From Octopus vulgaris (Eukaryota): a stretch of 64,000 nt of DNA. Location: assembly GCA_951406725.2 (NCBI GenBank), contig OX597818.1:24676001-24740000 (forward strand), written 5' to 3'. Made by a program: the position numbers and the translations under genes. This document shows positions 53,032 to 64,000 of this stretch, one piece after another (position 1 is the stretch's first letter; every line of letters begins with the position of its first letter). Under the pieces are notes generated by a model. It ran no database searches, had not been told where the DNA came from, and saw only the letters and a list, made by a program, of their open reading frames with translations.

Positions 53032-53495
53032 ATGGATAGCTCTACTAGTTCTGATAGCGACTTCAGTGGGAACTGTGCTAAAGATATGTCTTATTCTTCT
53101 TTACAAGAAATCCCTGATGATATTCTGGATAAATCATTCAAACTCAGGGCCCTGTCTCTTTCCCACAATCAACTTTCACCTTGCCTCGGTCCAAAAATAG
53201 CAGGATTTAAGAACTTAATTAAACTCGATATCAGCAACAACAATCTCTCACGATTATCGGAAGATTTTCATCATTTAGTGAAGCTTCGTACACTTATAGC
53301 TCGAAATAATCAGCTTAATACTGAAGGAATTGGTAAATCTCTCTCATCTCTTAAAAATCTTGAGGATATCAACATGTCCGGCAACCAGTTCACCGAGATT
53401 CCACCATGCTTTCTCAAATTGTCTAGACTTCGATACTTACATATGGGTGCAAATCAAATTCGAGAACTTCCCAGTCAAGTAAAAGAACTCACACA
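53032..53495 (+). CDS. LRRC58: leucine-rich repeat-containing protein 58, first coding exon
   Basis: LRRs LSLSHNQL / LDISNNNL / LRTLIARNNQL / INMSGNQF / LHMGANQI follow my recollection of vertebrate LRRC58 (LRTLLAKNNRL, LNLSGNCF, LSLGGNQL). Phase-2 donor CA|gtatgt at 53496 falls where I recall the vertebrate exon-1 boundary. Later exons were not found in the window. Confidence 0.88.
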
Positions 53496-54393
53496 GTATG
53501 TCAAATACATATTTCTTTAAATCGTTTTTATTTGTCCCATACTAATACACACATACGTATGCATGTGTGCATGTATGTATTATGTAATTGATTAATTGTT
53601 TATTCCCAGGTGAAAAACTCGATCTTGTTACTTTTTCTTATTTGATACGGTGCTCTGCTATGATCTAAACCGTTGTGAAATGAAGAAATTGTAAAACACA
53701 CACACAGACAGTCTGTACATAAATTATCGAATAACGTTAATTCAATCACCTCCTCCAAGCTATTTCATTCCTGTTTTTATAGTAATGATGCACAACACAA
53801 ACTTGGTACTTTTATAATCAAGATCATCTGCTGCCAGTTTAGATAAATAACAAACAAATTTTACGAAAATAAATTCAACAGAAACCGTGCATGATGAATG
53901 TAAATAACATACAGATAATAATTGTTTCTAACATAGACACGAGGGTTGGGCGAAGGTAAAGGACGTGTAAACCACCATTTCCGGTGTTTTTTTACTCTTT
54001 TTCAAAAATTTCTTCGGATTTCTATGTTTTTCGATATAGGAGAATACGATTTTACCCAAAAATCACGTTTTCAAAATTTTTATTTCCCTCACCCCAATTT
54101 CTTAATTTTTAACTTTTTTCAAATTTTTTTTAATCCATGTAAAAAAAAAAATGCAGAGATTACGAATCTGGGAATTTTTTTTAAAATTTTGGTTTTTTTT
54201 AAAGGAACACTCAATGCCCCTTCCACCAATCACCTTCCCGCTTTCGTCTGATGTTTCACGCATGCGTAGAATTCGACTGGAATAGCAGACGTCAAAAATA
54301 TCAGACCACCACCAGAAAATCCGACATGCTAGAAACAACAGCTAAACGACATTATTTCTGGAAAAAAAGCTAAAAGGGAAACATTCGGAGGTG

Positions 54394-54638
54394 GGTACTA
54401 CTTGTGAACAGTGGTCCCGGTGCGCGCACTCGCGTAATCGCGCACCCGCGCTAGCTAGTCGTGACTAGTCGATCCTACAACGACTACCTAGCAAAGTAAA
54501 TAAAACAAAATAATTTTTGTTAAACAAAGTAAATAAAACACAAAAATACAAAGTAAATAACACACAAAGTAAGGATCGACTAGTCATGACTAGCTAGCGC
54601 GAGTGCGCGCACCGGGACCACTGTTCTCAAGTAGTACC
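54394..54638. mobile_element. Mutator-like MITE with 9-bp TSD
   Basis: Long TIRs GGTACTACTTG..; TSD tcggaggtg at 54385-54393 and 54639-54647. Confidence 0.9.
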
Positions 54639-54672
54639 TCGGAGGTGATGGGTAGAGGTTGGGAAAAGGGGG

Positions 54673-55644
54673 GGATCTTTTCATTTTGAAGGCCAGATTT
54701 TCCTAGTTAACTAAACAATTTGAAACTTCGTATACTGGTAGAATGTGTCAAAAGAAAACATTATTGTAAACAAAATTGTTATTCGTAACTTAAACGTAGT
54801 TTAATTTTTACGAATTTTAACCAATGAAATCCCAGCATTGCTGCGTTATCGATATTGATAAAGAAATATAGCAGACGCACCACACACACACACATTTGCA
54901 CAAGCACATAGTAATTAATATATAAGCGTACACACACACATACAAACGGACATATACACACACACACATAGTAATTAATATATAAGCGTACACGGACATA
55001 TACATATACGCACACAAGCAAAAATACACGTTCGTGTTTTGCCACTTGCCGCAACAAATTTGCACAAAAGGTAAATAAACCAGAAGGGGGGGGGGTCAAT
55101 GTTTCATCGTTTCGGGGTCGATAAATTAAGTACCAATTACGCACTGGTGTCGAGGATTTTTTTTCCCAATTTATGTCACAGCTTCCGACAAGCTGGGGGC
55201 ATCCTTTTATGAAAACATATTTCGCAAATTTTTACAATATTACTCATACTCCACGCGCAAACTCGAGACCGATTTAGGCATATTATTGTTTTGTTTTTGT
55301 TGTTTCTGGCCCTTCAAAACCATGGGAGACGCCTTTTCGGTAAAAAAAAAATAAAGAAAATATTCAAAAAATATCGTTAATATTTTTATTGGGCGACGAA
55401 ATTAATCGATTTAAGAGATATAGCTGTTATTTCTAGCACATGTAGAAGACAGAAGAAGAGGTAAATAATTTGATCTCGAATGCTGCGATTTCATTGGTTA
55501 AAATTCTTAAAATTAAACTACGTTTAAGTTACGAATTACAATTTTGTTTACAGTAATGTTTTCTTTTGACACATTCTACCAGTATACGAAGTTTCAAATT
55601 GTTTAGTTAACTAGGAAAATCTGGCCTTCAAAATGAAAAGATCC
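54673..55644. repeat. ~165-bp near-perfect inverted repeat (foldback/MITE)
   Basis: Arms 54673-54839 and 55479-55644. Confidence 0.9.
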
Positions 55645-56039
55645 ATCTATATAATTGATAGCAAAGTTTGTATAAAATTAAATTAAATTCCGGTTTAGTC
55701 ACAGATCGGTCAAATTAGTAAAGTTTTAATAGTGTTGTGACAACATAGTGTCTCGATACATTCTAATGAAAAAGTGAAAGAAAGAGAATGTCACTTTCTT
55801 TGGAAGAGAAATTATTAATTTTTGACGTACTAAAACCTCTCATAACTTTTTATTTTTAAGAATTTTCACAATTTTTTTCAATTCTGTCTTCTGCATAATG
55901 GAATTAATACCGTTATCCAATAAAAAATAATTTTTTAATAAACCCCTATACTCCCTTAATTCTAAAATTTTCCACTGTTTTTTCGATTTTTTAAAATTCT
56001 TGGATTTCACAATGGAATTAATACGATTATCCAATTTTT

Positions 56040-56443
56040 TTTTTTTGGTAATCCTTGAGTATGTGGTGCTTAAAAAGTAAATAAAAAATTAAAGGGGAGA
56101 TGAATAACTCAACTTACATTTAACGTAGACGTTGGCTATAGCAACCAAAAAGTGAACAAGTGTTTTTTTCTTTGGTGTAGAATTCCTCCATATAAATTCG
56201 TATGAATATGGAACGAATAAATTATCTTACATTTCAAATTCACGTCATAGTTTTTTGTTTTTTTTACACGCATCCGCATTTTATGTATGAACGTCTTTAT
56301 TTGTCGGATCTACAAAGTTCTGATTTACAATCACTTCGTGAGTGTACATAACGTCATTTAAGCTTCCAGTAATTCCTAGTTGTTATTTCCCCTTTAATTT
56401 TTATTTACTTTTTTAACCACCACATACTGAAGGATTACCAAAT
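56040..56443. mobile_element. MITE-like inverted repeat
   Basis: ttggtaatccttgagtatgtggtg..aaagggga / tcccctttaa..ccacatactgaaggattaccaa. Confidence 0.7.
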
Positions 56444-57170
56444 TTTTAAATTTTTTAAAATATTTTACTCCACACCCCTAATTCCAAAACTTTCCACTAT
56501 CAAGTCTTGCGTGTTTGTGTAAGAGAAAAACATTTACTAACAGAAAATTGAAAAGGTTGCAAGACGCAACGACAGTTTTAGTAAAAATAAGTAAATGAGT
56601 GGAAATCAAACAGGTGTGTTGATTTAATAAGGCACTAAAAGAGAATGACTCTCCCCAGACACAATAACAGAAAATTGTTATTAAAATAAATTATCTCAAA
56701 ATACCTTTAAATCATTACCGCTTCCAGTGTTTCTGGTTTTCAATAAGAAACATGTGGCATGTAACTCTTCTTTCTCATTTTCGATGAGACCCTTCCTAAG
56801 CCGGAAAAATTGGAAGAATGACATAATACGCACTCTCTCTTTATTTCTAACAAAACAGACCCTTATTTTCTTTGAAATGAGAGTGATTCATAGCATGGTC
56901 ACAATTTTTTAGAATTTTTAGTTGAATGTATCGACACCAGAATTTTTGTTTTAGTTGATGCAGTTATTATTAGACTGCGGCTGGCCATGCTGGGACACCG
57001 CCTTGAATTTTTAGATGACTGTATGGAACCCAGAATTTTTTTTTAAGCTTGACCAAAACCACTTCTGTGATATAATTTATTTTTGTTTTTCTTTTTACTT
57101 GTTGCAGTCATTAGACTATGGCCATGCTGGAGCAACACCTTGAGGAATTTAATGTTTGGCATTAATTGAT

Positions 57171-57561
57171 CGATTTTCACTAAGAAAAAAAAAGACTCGG
57201 ATTTTTTGCATAGAATCAAGTACCCTGACCTCCTAATATGCTACACATCTCTTGTTTTTGTTTGGAAAAAAGGGGTGGGTGGGAAACCGGACCCCCCCTC
57301 TCCTGGAATCGTTGGAATTTTTTTTTTCGTTGAATGAATTTCGGTGACCTCCTAATATGCTGCAAAACCCTTTTGGGGGTCCGGAAAATAGTAAATTTCC
57401 AATTATTCCGGGATGGGGTGGTGTCCGGTTTCCCACCTTCCTTTTTTTTTTCCAAACAAAAAAAAGGGATTTGCAGCATATTAGGAGGTCAAGGTACTTG
57501 ATTCCACGCAAAAGATCCAAGTTTCTTTCTTTCTTTTTTTTTTTTTTGTTATTGAAAATCG
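57171..57561. mobile_element. palindromic MITE; related halves at 60520-61000
   Basis: cgattttcactaag..tgacctcctaatatgct / gcatattaggaggtca..tgaaaatcg. Confidence 0.75.
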
Positions 57562-58030
57562 TGCGGCTGAAATGAATATCAAATAATACTCAGAAAACGA
57601 GGTGCGGTGGTGTGGAACCCTTGGAAATTCCCCCCCCCCCCCATTTCAAAATATTCTTTGCTATTTCTTTCTTGACCCATAATTTTAGATAACATTCAGC
57701 AGAAATACATTTTCGAGAGGGAGTGTGGATTACATTAGATTGAAAATTCAAGGAAGTTTGAAATGAATAAGTGAAAATGTAAAGGTTATAGAAGTTAGTC
57801 GTAACGAAGTGTGTGGAGAGATAACAAACGATAAATTCATCTAAGCAAAAAAACGTTTGAGTTTTTGCATGTGTGTGTAGAAAGAAGTAAAAGTATAATA
57901 TTAAAACAAAAATATTTTTTTCCTACCTCTTAAAATGACAGGATATACCAGATTGCAAAATAAATTTGCAATTTTAGGCATTGAAATGAGGTTCATTTTT
58001 GTGGAGAGGGTGGGGAGAATAGTGTCACAA

Positions 58031-58325
58031 TCTATATATATAAAACTGAGAATGTGTGTCTGTCTGAATCCCTAAAACTTGAGAACTACACAACCAATTT
58101 CATTCAAATTTTACACATGCTTTACTTAGGGTCCATGGAAGGTCATGGGCAAAAAAATTTTAACTTCTTACCTAGGGTGAGCCCACAGCAATATCATATC
58201 TTCTCCACTATTTCAGTATTACGTGTTTAAAGTGAAGCAAAAACATCTCTGTAGTGTAATGTCAGATGCTTTCACTTTAATACTGAAACTATTATATAAG
58301 AGGGATAAACCATTAACAGTGCTAG
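58031..58325 (+). mobile_element. Helitron-like fragment
   Basis: A|TCTATATATATAAAACTGAGAATGTGTGTCTGTCTG 5' end typical of the family; 3' end uncertain. Confidence 0.55.
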
Positions 58326-58964
58326 AGGATCCGCTATGGTCTTATATGCTACACCACTGGTTTTCAATTCATATTAATTAAATTAATATTCAATTTTTCA
58401 CCCTTATTATTTTAAATTTAAATTTACATGTGTATATATATATATATATACACATGTATATGTATAGGTGTATTTCTATAGATATAGATGTATATGTATA
58501 CGTGTATGTGTAGATGCATATATATATATATATATACATGTAATATGTACACATATATATACACATATATACATGCATACATATATTCACATACACATAC
58601 ATAGGTGCAGGTGTGGCTGTGTGGTAACTTGGCATGTGTCATCTGCTATAGCCTCAGACCAACCAAAGCCTTGTCAGTGGATTTTGTAGACAGAAACTGA
58701 AAAAAATCAATTGTATATATATATGTATGTATATATTTAAGTCTATGTGTGTGTCTTTGTTTTTCTCCCTAATCACTGCTTTACAACTGCTGTTCCTTTA
58801 TTTACATCCCCATAACTTACTGGTTTCACAAGAACAAATTAATAGAATAAGTACCAGGCTTATCAACATAAAAAAACCACTAGGCTGTGTCTCATATTTT
58901 TGTTTGCCCACTTAGTTGTATCTATCAATTTATCTTTGTGTGTGTATGTATATATATATATATA

Positions 58965-60184
58965 ACACCGTAACGGAGGCCTTAACTCCCAAATTTTAGT
59001 AATTTCTTTTATGATTCAAAACTAGGTCAAAAGTACTGAATGGATCTTTATGAAATTTGGAAATTATATTCTATGCATAAGGGCATAGGTTAGAAAGACC
59101 CCTCCATGGGGACTTAACACCCACAATTTTGTCATTTTATCTAAGCAAAAATGAATACAGTTGTGCTCTTGGAAGCTGTAGGATTACCCGAGCATAAAAA
59201 ATGAGCATTATTTGTAATTCAATGGTACAACAGTGTAACCTTTTTTCTTTGACATACACTTAAATTGTGATTTCTGCAATGTGGTGCATAAATTGTCAGG
59301 TAAATGAGAGGCATCTTTGCCTACACTGATTCAGTTGCAAAGTGTTGAGTAAAGTTATTTGATTGCAGACCTCCTTTCAGTCTTTTTATTATCACTGGGT
59401 CACACATAGTCCCCAGATGGTAACATTGATTTCAAGGCCTTCCCAGATGAATGACTAGTTATTCAAAGACATTTATAGATTGTAAATTTATTCTGTCCAG
59501 TTACGTATCAGTATAGTGGTCATTTGCAAACTCCAGAGGTGACACTTTCATTTCTCCTTAGCCCTCACGTCACACAGTTGTTAATGTTTATTTCAGTTGG
59601 GTCACACCCTTCCAGTTGCTATAGATTTGTAATGCATCTTACGGCTGTGCCTGTCACCTTGATGTTGAGGAATCCTACATTGGGAGTGGTAACAACTAGG
59701 GTAGGGTAGCTGACTGCTTATTGTGATCATTTGTCTTTTGGTTTCCTGTAGCTTTGCTCTCTTTTACAAACCTAGTGAACATATATTTCCTGTTTCAAAG
59801 AAATTCAAACAATAGATATAAAACCCATAGTTAAAAAGATTCTCAACAATTCAACTTCTCTGGTTGACATTAAGATGTCCACCCCCAACAGGGGCCTTAT
59901 CTCTCACATTTTAGAGCTCCATGACCTTCATTTTTCAGGAGCAAAATCCTTTTCTCAGGTTCAATAAGACTGGAATTTTGGAATATGTGCATAAAAATCA
60001 GTAGTATGTGATACATGTGGCACGATTACAATTTTTTTAGGATGTGTAAAGAGGGAAATAACCCTCATCTGCAATTTTGATGAAATTCGAAACATAGATA
60101 TTCCAGTTCATTACAGAAAATATAACAGAAAAGTCTAATTCTTCAATTGCATGTAAGACAGGCAACGCCAGGTATCTCTGCTAG
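58965..60184 (+). mobile_element. non-autonomous Helitron, 5'-truncated
   Basis: Colinear reverse complement of 47745-49010; ends ggcaacgccaggtatctctgCTAG|T. Confidence 0.75.
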
Positions 60185-61949
60185 TATATCATAATTATAT
60201 ATATCATTATATATCATTCATTTATCATCATCATTCAAAGTTTGGGTAAACCTCGTCACCCACTCACTCTCTCTTTCTTTGTCTCACTCTCATGCTCTCA
60301 CTCCTCGCTCCCTCTCTCTCTCTCTCACTCTCATTCATTTCAAACTTCTTTGAAGTTTCAATCTAATGTAATCCACACTTTCTTGAAAACGTATTTCTGC
60401 TAAATGTTATCTAAAATTATGGGTAAAGAAAGAAATAGCAAAAACTATTTGAAAATGGGGGTGGGGGTGAAATTTCCGAGAGTTCCACCCCATCCCACCT
60501 CGTTTTCCAGACCTAAAAAAGCATATTAGGAGGTTACCAGAATTCATTCAACGAAAAAGAACTTCCAGTGATTCCAGGATATGGGGGAGAGGTCAGGTTC
60601 CCCTCCCTCCTTTTCCGAACAAAAATAAGGGGTTTGCATTATATTAGGAGGTCAGGCTACATAATTCCATACAAAAAATCCGAGTTTCTTTTTTCTTAGT
60701 GAAAAGATCAATGGGGGTGGGGGTGGGGTGAAATTTCCGAGGCTTCCACTTCACCCCACCCTGTTTTCTGGACCCAAAAAAGGGTAATTGTAGCATATTA
60801 GGAGGTCACCAGAATTCATTCAACGAAAAAAAAAAAATTTCCAATGATTCCAGGGTGGGTGTGGGGTTCCAGTTTCCCACCCACTCTTTTTTCCGAACAA
60901 AAATACGGGATTTGCAGCCTATTAGGAGGTCAGGGTACTTGATTCCACACAAGAGATCCAAGCTTTTTTTTTTTTTTTTTTCTCTTAGTGAAAATTGTGT
61001 GGGTAAAAGGATCAAAATTTACCAAAATATCTACATCCTTCATAATGATATGTTCCATGTGTTTCAATTACTTTCCTCGTTTTTAGAATAATTTTAAGGA
61101 GAAAGTTCAAAAGGTCAACTTATTCCCATTAATCTGTCAGTGCTGAGAGAAGGAAACAAAAAACTTTATATATTTTAAAATGCTACTTTTCTGCAACCAA
61201 AAATTCAAGATGGTACCCCAGCATGGCCGCAATCCAAGTAAAAAGATATTTAGAATGTAAAAAAAACTAAGGGTGGTTATAAAAAAAAATTTCAATAGAT
61301 TTGGTTGTTATTTCTAGCATGTCAAAATACCTTCTAGGCTTAACTTCATGCACTGGTTGCAAATCATTTGAAAAAATTCTGGGGTTGTTACATTCGACTA
61401 AAAATTCTACAAGGTGGTGCCCCAGCATGGCTGCGGTCTAATAACTATAACACATAAAAAGGGGAAAAAATTCTGGGGTTGATACGTTTGACTAAAAATT
61501 CTTCAAGGTGAAAAAAATGGAAAAACAATAAAAAAAATATAATCATAGGGCTTATATCTGCCTTTACACTTTAACTATGGGCCTTTTGTCCGAGGGACTT
61601 TTGTCCTACACTCATGTATATTACAGATAGTTTATTTTCATAACATGATTCTCTTTCAGTAAATGTTTTCTCGCAATTATTTAAAGGTATGTTAGAGATA
61701 ATGTGTTTTAATAACATTGTTTTTTGTTAGTAAATGGTTTTCTCTTAGACAAACATGCAACAATTTTGATTTTGCAGTACTTAAAAAATTTTGAAATTAT
61801 AAAGAGAAGTCAATGGCAGAATTGGTCTGTCCGTATTTAAAAAAAAAAAAAAAAATTGAAAGACAGTGGAAAGTTTTAGAATTAGGGGGTGGGGATGAAT
61901 ATTTCAAAAACATTTATTGGATAATTTGCACCCCTCCCCACCATTTTTT

Positions 61950-62580
61950 TCCCCGAAACTTCTTTGGATTTCTATGCTTTTGATATAGATTAGGATTTTG
62001 CCCAAACAATACATTTTTAAAATTTAACAACCCTAACTCTCCCCACCCCAATTTTTTAATTTTGAACTTTTTTGAATTTTTTTTTTAAATCCACATAGAA
62101 AAATAGAGATTACAAATCTTTAAGAATTTTTTTTCTTAAGGAAACATTCAAATCTCTTTCCCCAACCTCCACCCATCACCTCCGAATGTTTCACTTTTAG
62201 CCTTTTAGAAAGTAGAGAAGTTTTTTCAGAAATAATGTTGTTTGTCTGTTTCTAGCTTGTCAGGTTTTCTGGTGGTGGTCTGACATTTTTGATGTCTACT
62301 ATTTCAGTAGAATTCTAAGTGAAACATTCTGAGTTTTTAGTTTTTTGAAAGCAGGGAGGTGATGGGTGTGTAAATGGGGAGAAGCATTGAGTGTTTCTTT
62401 TAAAAAAAAGAAATTCCCAAATTCGTAATTTCTGTATTTTTCTATATGAATTTTAAAAAAAAATTCAATAAAGTTAAAAATTGAGATGAGGGTGGGGAAA
62501 TAAAAATTTTGAAAATGTGACTTTTGGGTGGAATTGTATTCTATATTGAAAACATAGAAATCCAAAGAAATTTTTAGGAC
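61950..62580. mobile_element. long-TIR MITE-like element; inverted paralog at 53985-54672
   Basis: ttctttggatttctatg..tagaaatccaaagaaa arms; shared core tcagaccaccaccagaaaa. Confidence 0.75.
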
Positions 62581-62813
62581 TGAAATTACTAGGACGAGTG
62601 AATTCCTAGTCCCTTCACATCCATCCCTTTTAGTCACCTCTTATGCCAAGCATTCTACCAATTCCCTCCTCCATTGCAGGGGGTTTGCTAGTTAACCCAT
62701 AGCTTGGACCCTTACAGGTGAGAATAATCGTGGTTCCATACTCCTCAAACCCTGGAACCAGAGCCCCAGGTTCCCACTACTGCATGTAGTTTATAGTCCT
62801 ACCCATAATCAAT

Positions 62814-64000
62814 GTCTATAAAGCTGAAATGCGTAAAACCCAGATTTTGACAAGTGTTTTTCGTTTCTCTCTTTCGGATATCACTCTGTCTTCCTTGATC
62901 TCTCTCTTTCCTTCCCTCTGATTTTCATCAATATCTATAAAGCTGAAATGCGAAAAAGTTGTTTGATTTCTTGGTTGTTTGTCTCATTTTGGGATGGGAA
63001 CAGTTTAAGGGGCGGTAGATGGGGTCGGATTGGCGCCAAAATTTACACTGGGGGGTAAAATGGGGTGGGCAATGGTGTGAGGAGGGTTGGGAAAAATTGA
63101 GTTTTATGGGATAGACAGGTTGTGCTGTTTGAGTAATGGTGGCTTTTTGTGTTGCTGCAGGGGCTAGAGGCAGTTATCTTTAATTATGGGTGTAAAAATT
63201 TGGTGGATTTTGGAAAGTGGGATAAAATTTTTCAACTTTTAAAAAAGAGTACATTTTTGCCCTATTTTTAGACTTAATTTTTTTCTGTTTGCATTATTTG
63301 GTTTACATGGGTAAAAATGGCATTGTCTTAAAGGCCAAAATTTTAGCTTTCATTTGCATCATGAATCATCAAACTATACCAGAAAAAAAAAAATCAAATT
63401 TCACAAAATTTTAAGTAATTTTGAATTATTTTTGTGATTTTATGTGCACGCATAAGTGAAAGCAAGGGAGAGTCTGACAGAAAGGAAGAGTACGAGAATG
63501 GGAAAGTGAGAGAGAAACAAAGAGGGAGAATGTGGCGATAAGAAACAGAAAGTAACAACCACACCCGTGCGTAGAGCGGATCACCTTAAACTAGTCTAGA
63601 ATATAATTCCCATTATGTGTGTGAGTCTATGTAAAAGATTATAACAGCCATATTTTTCAACTGATTTTCTCCAAACTGGGAACATACATTACTTGTGTTC
63701 CAGGGATGGTTTTAGACTCTTAAAATTTTTCACATAATGAGTAATAGGCCCCCTGGGGGCAGAAAATACCCATTCCTAGGTTACATGGAGCAGGGAGGTA
63801 AGTCTTTGCAAAGTAACTTTCAGAAATTGATTATCTCCCTTACATTCATTGGTCAAAAATTATCACAATCTCATCTGATATATAAAATAGAGATGTGTGT
63901 GTATTTGCTTATCATGTGAAAACAGCTTCACCAATTGCTTCCATACTTGTGATGCATGAATAATTTGACATTGGATACATGTTAGGCTCTTCATTTGATT
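62814..64000 (+). mobile_element. tandem non-autonomous Helitrons
   Basis: TCTATAAAGCTGAAATG starts near 62815 and 62934; hairpin cccgtgcgtagagcgg + CTAG at 63591-63594 is directly followed by a new TC start at 63595 and another near 63875. Confidence 0.7.

Overview
AT-rich, repeat-dense animal DNA, very likely an octopus (coleoid cephalopod), judged from its tRNA-derived SINE families, RTE LINEs with (GAT)n tails and abundant microsatellites. The only confidently recognisable host gene is the first coding exon of an LRRC58 orthologue (+, 53032-53495), followed by a long intron. The rest is nested, mostly decayed transposons: mariner, Tc1-like and maT DNA transposons, Helitrons, MITEs, RTE, CR1, R4/Dong, HERO and Tx1-like LINEs, and many Penelope-like element (PLE) fragments. 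Four observations stand out. (1) There are about seven minimal type-I hammerhead-ribozyme motifs at PLE termini, two with compensatory changes of the core 3:8 base pair (G3:C8 at 29147-29194, U3:A8 at 46302-46342). (2) An ~8.6 kb mirror-ordered degenerate inverted repeat fills LRRC58 intron 1 and is a candidate long dsRNA/ADAR substrate. (3) Perfect fold-backs are fused to (TA)n tracts. (4) A chain of GT-AG-bounded, stop-ridden exon-like blocks lies on the minus strand (decaying gene or lncRNA). All calls were made by eye without searches or folding programs. Boundaries of decayed elements are approximate.
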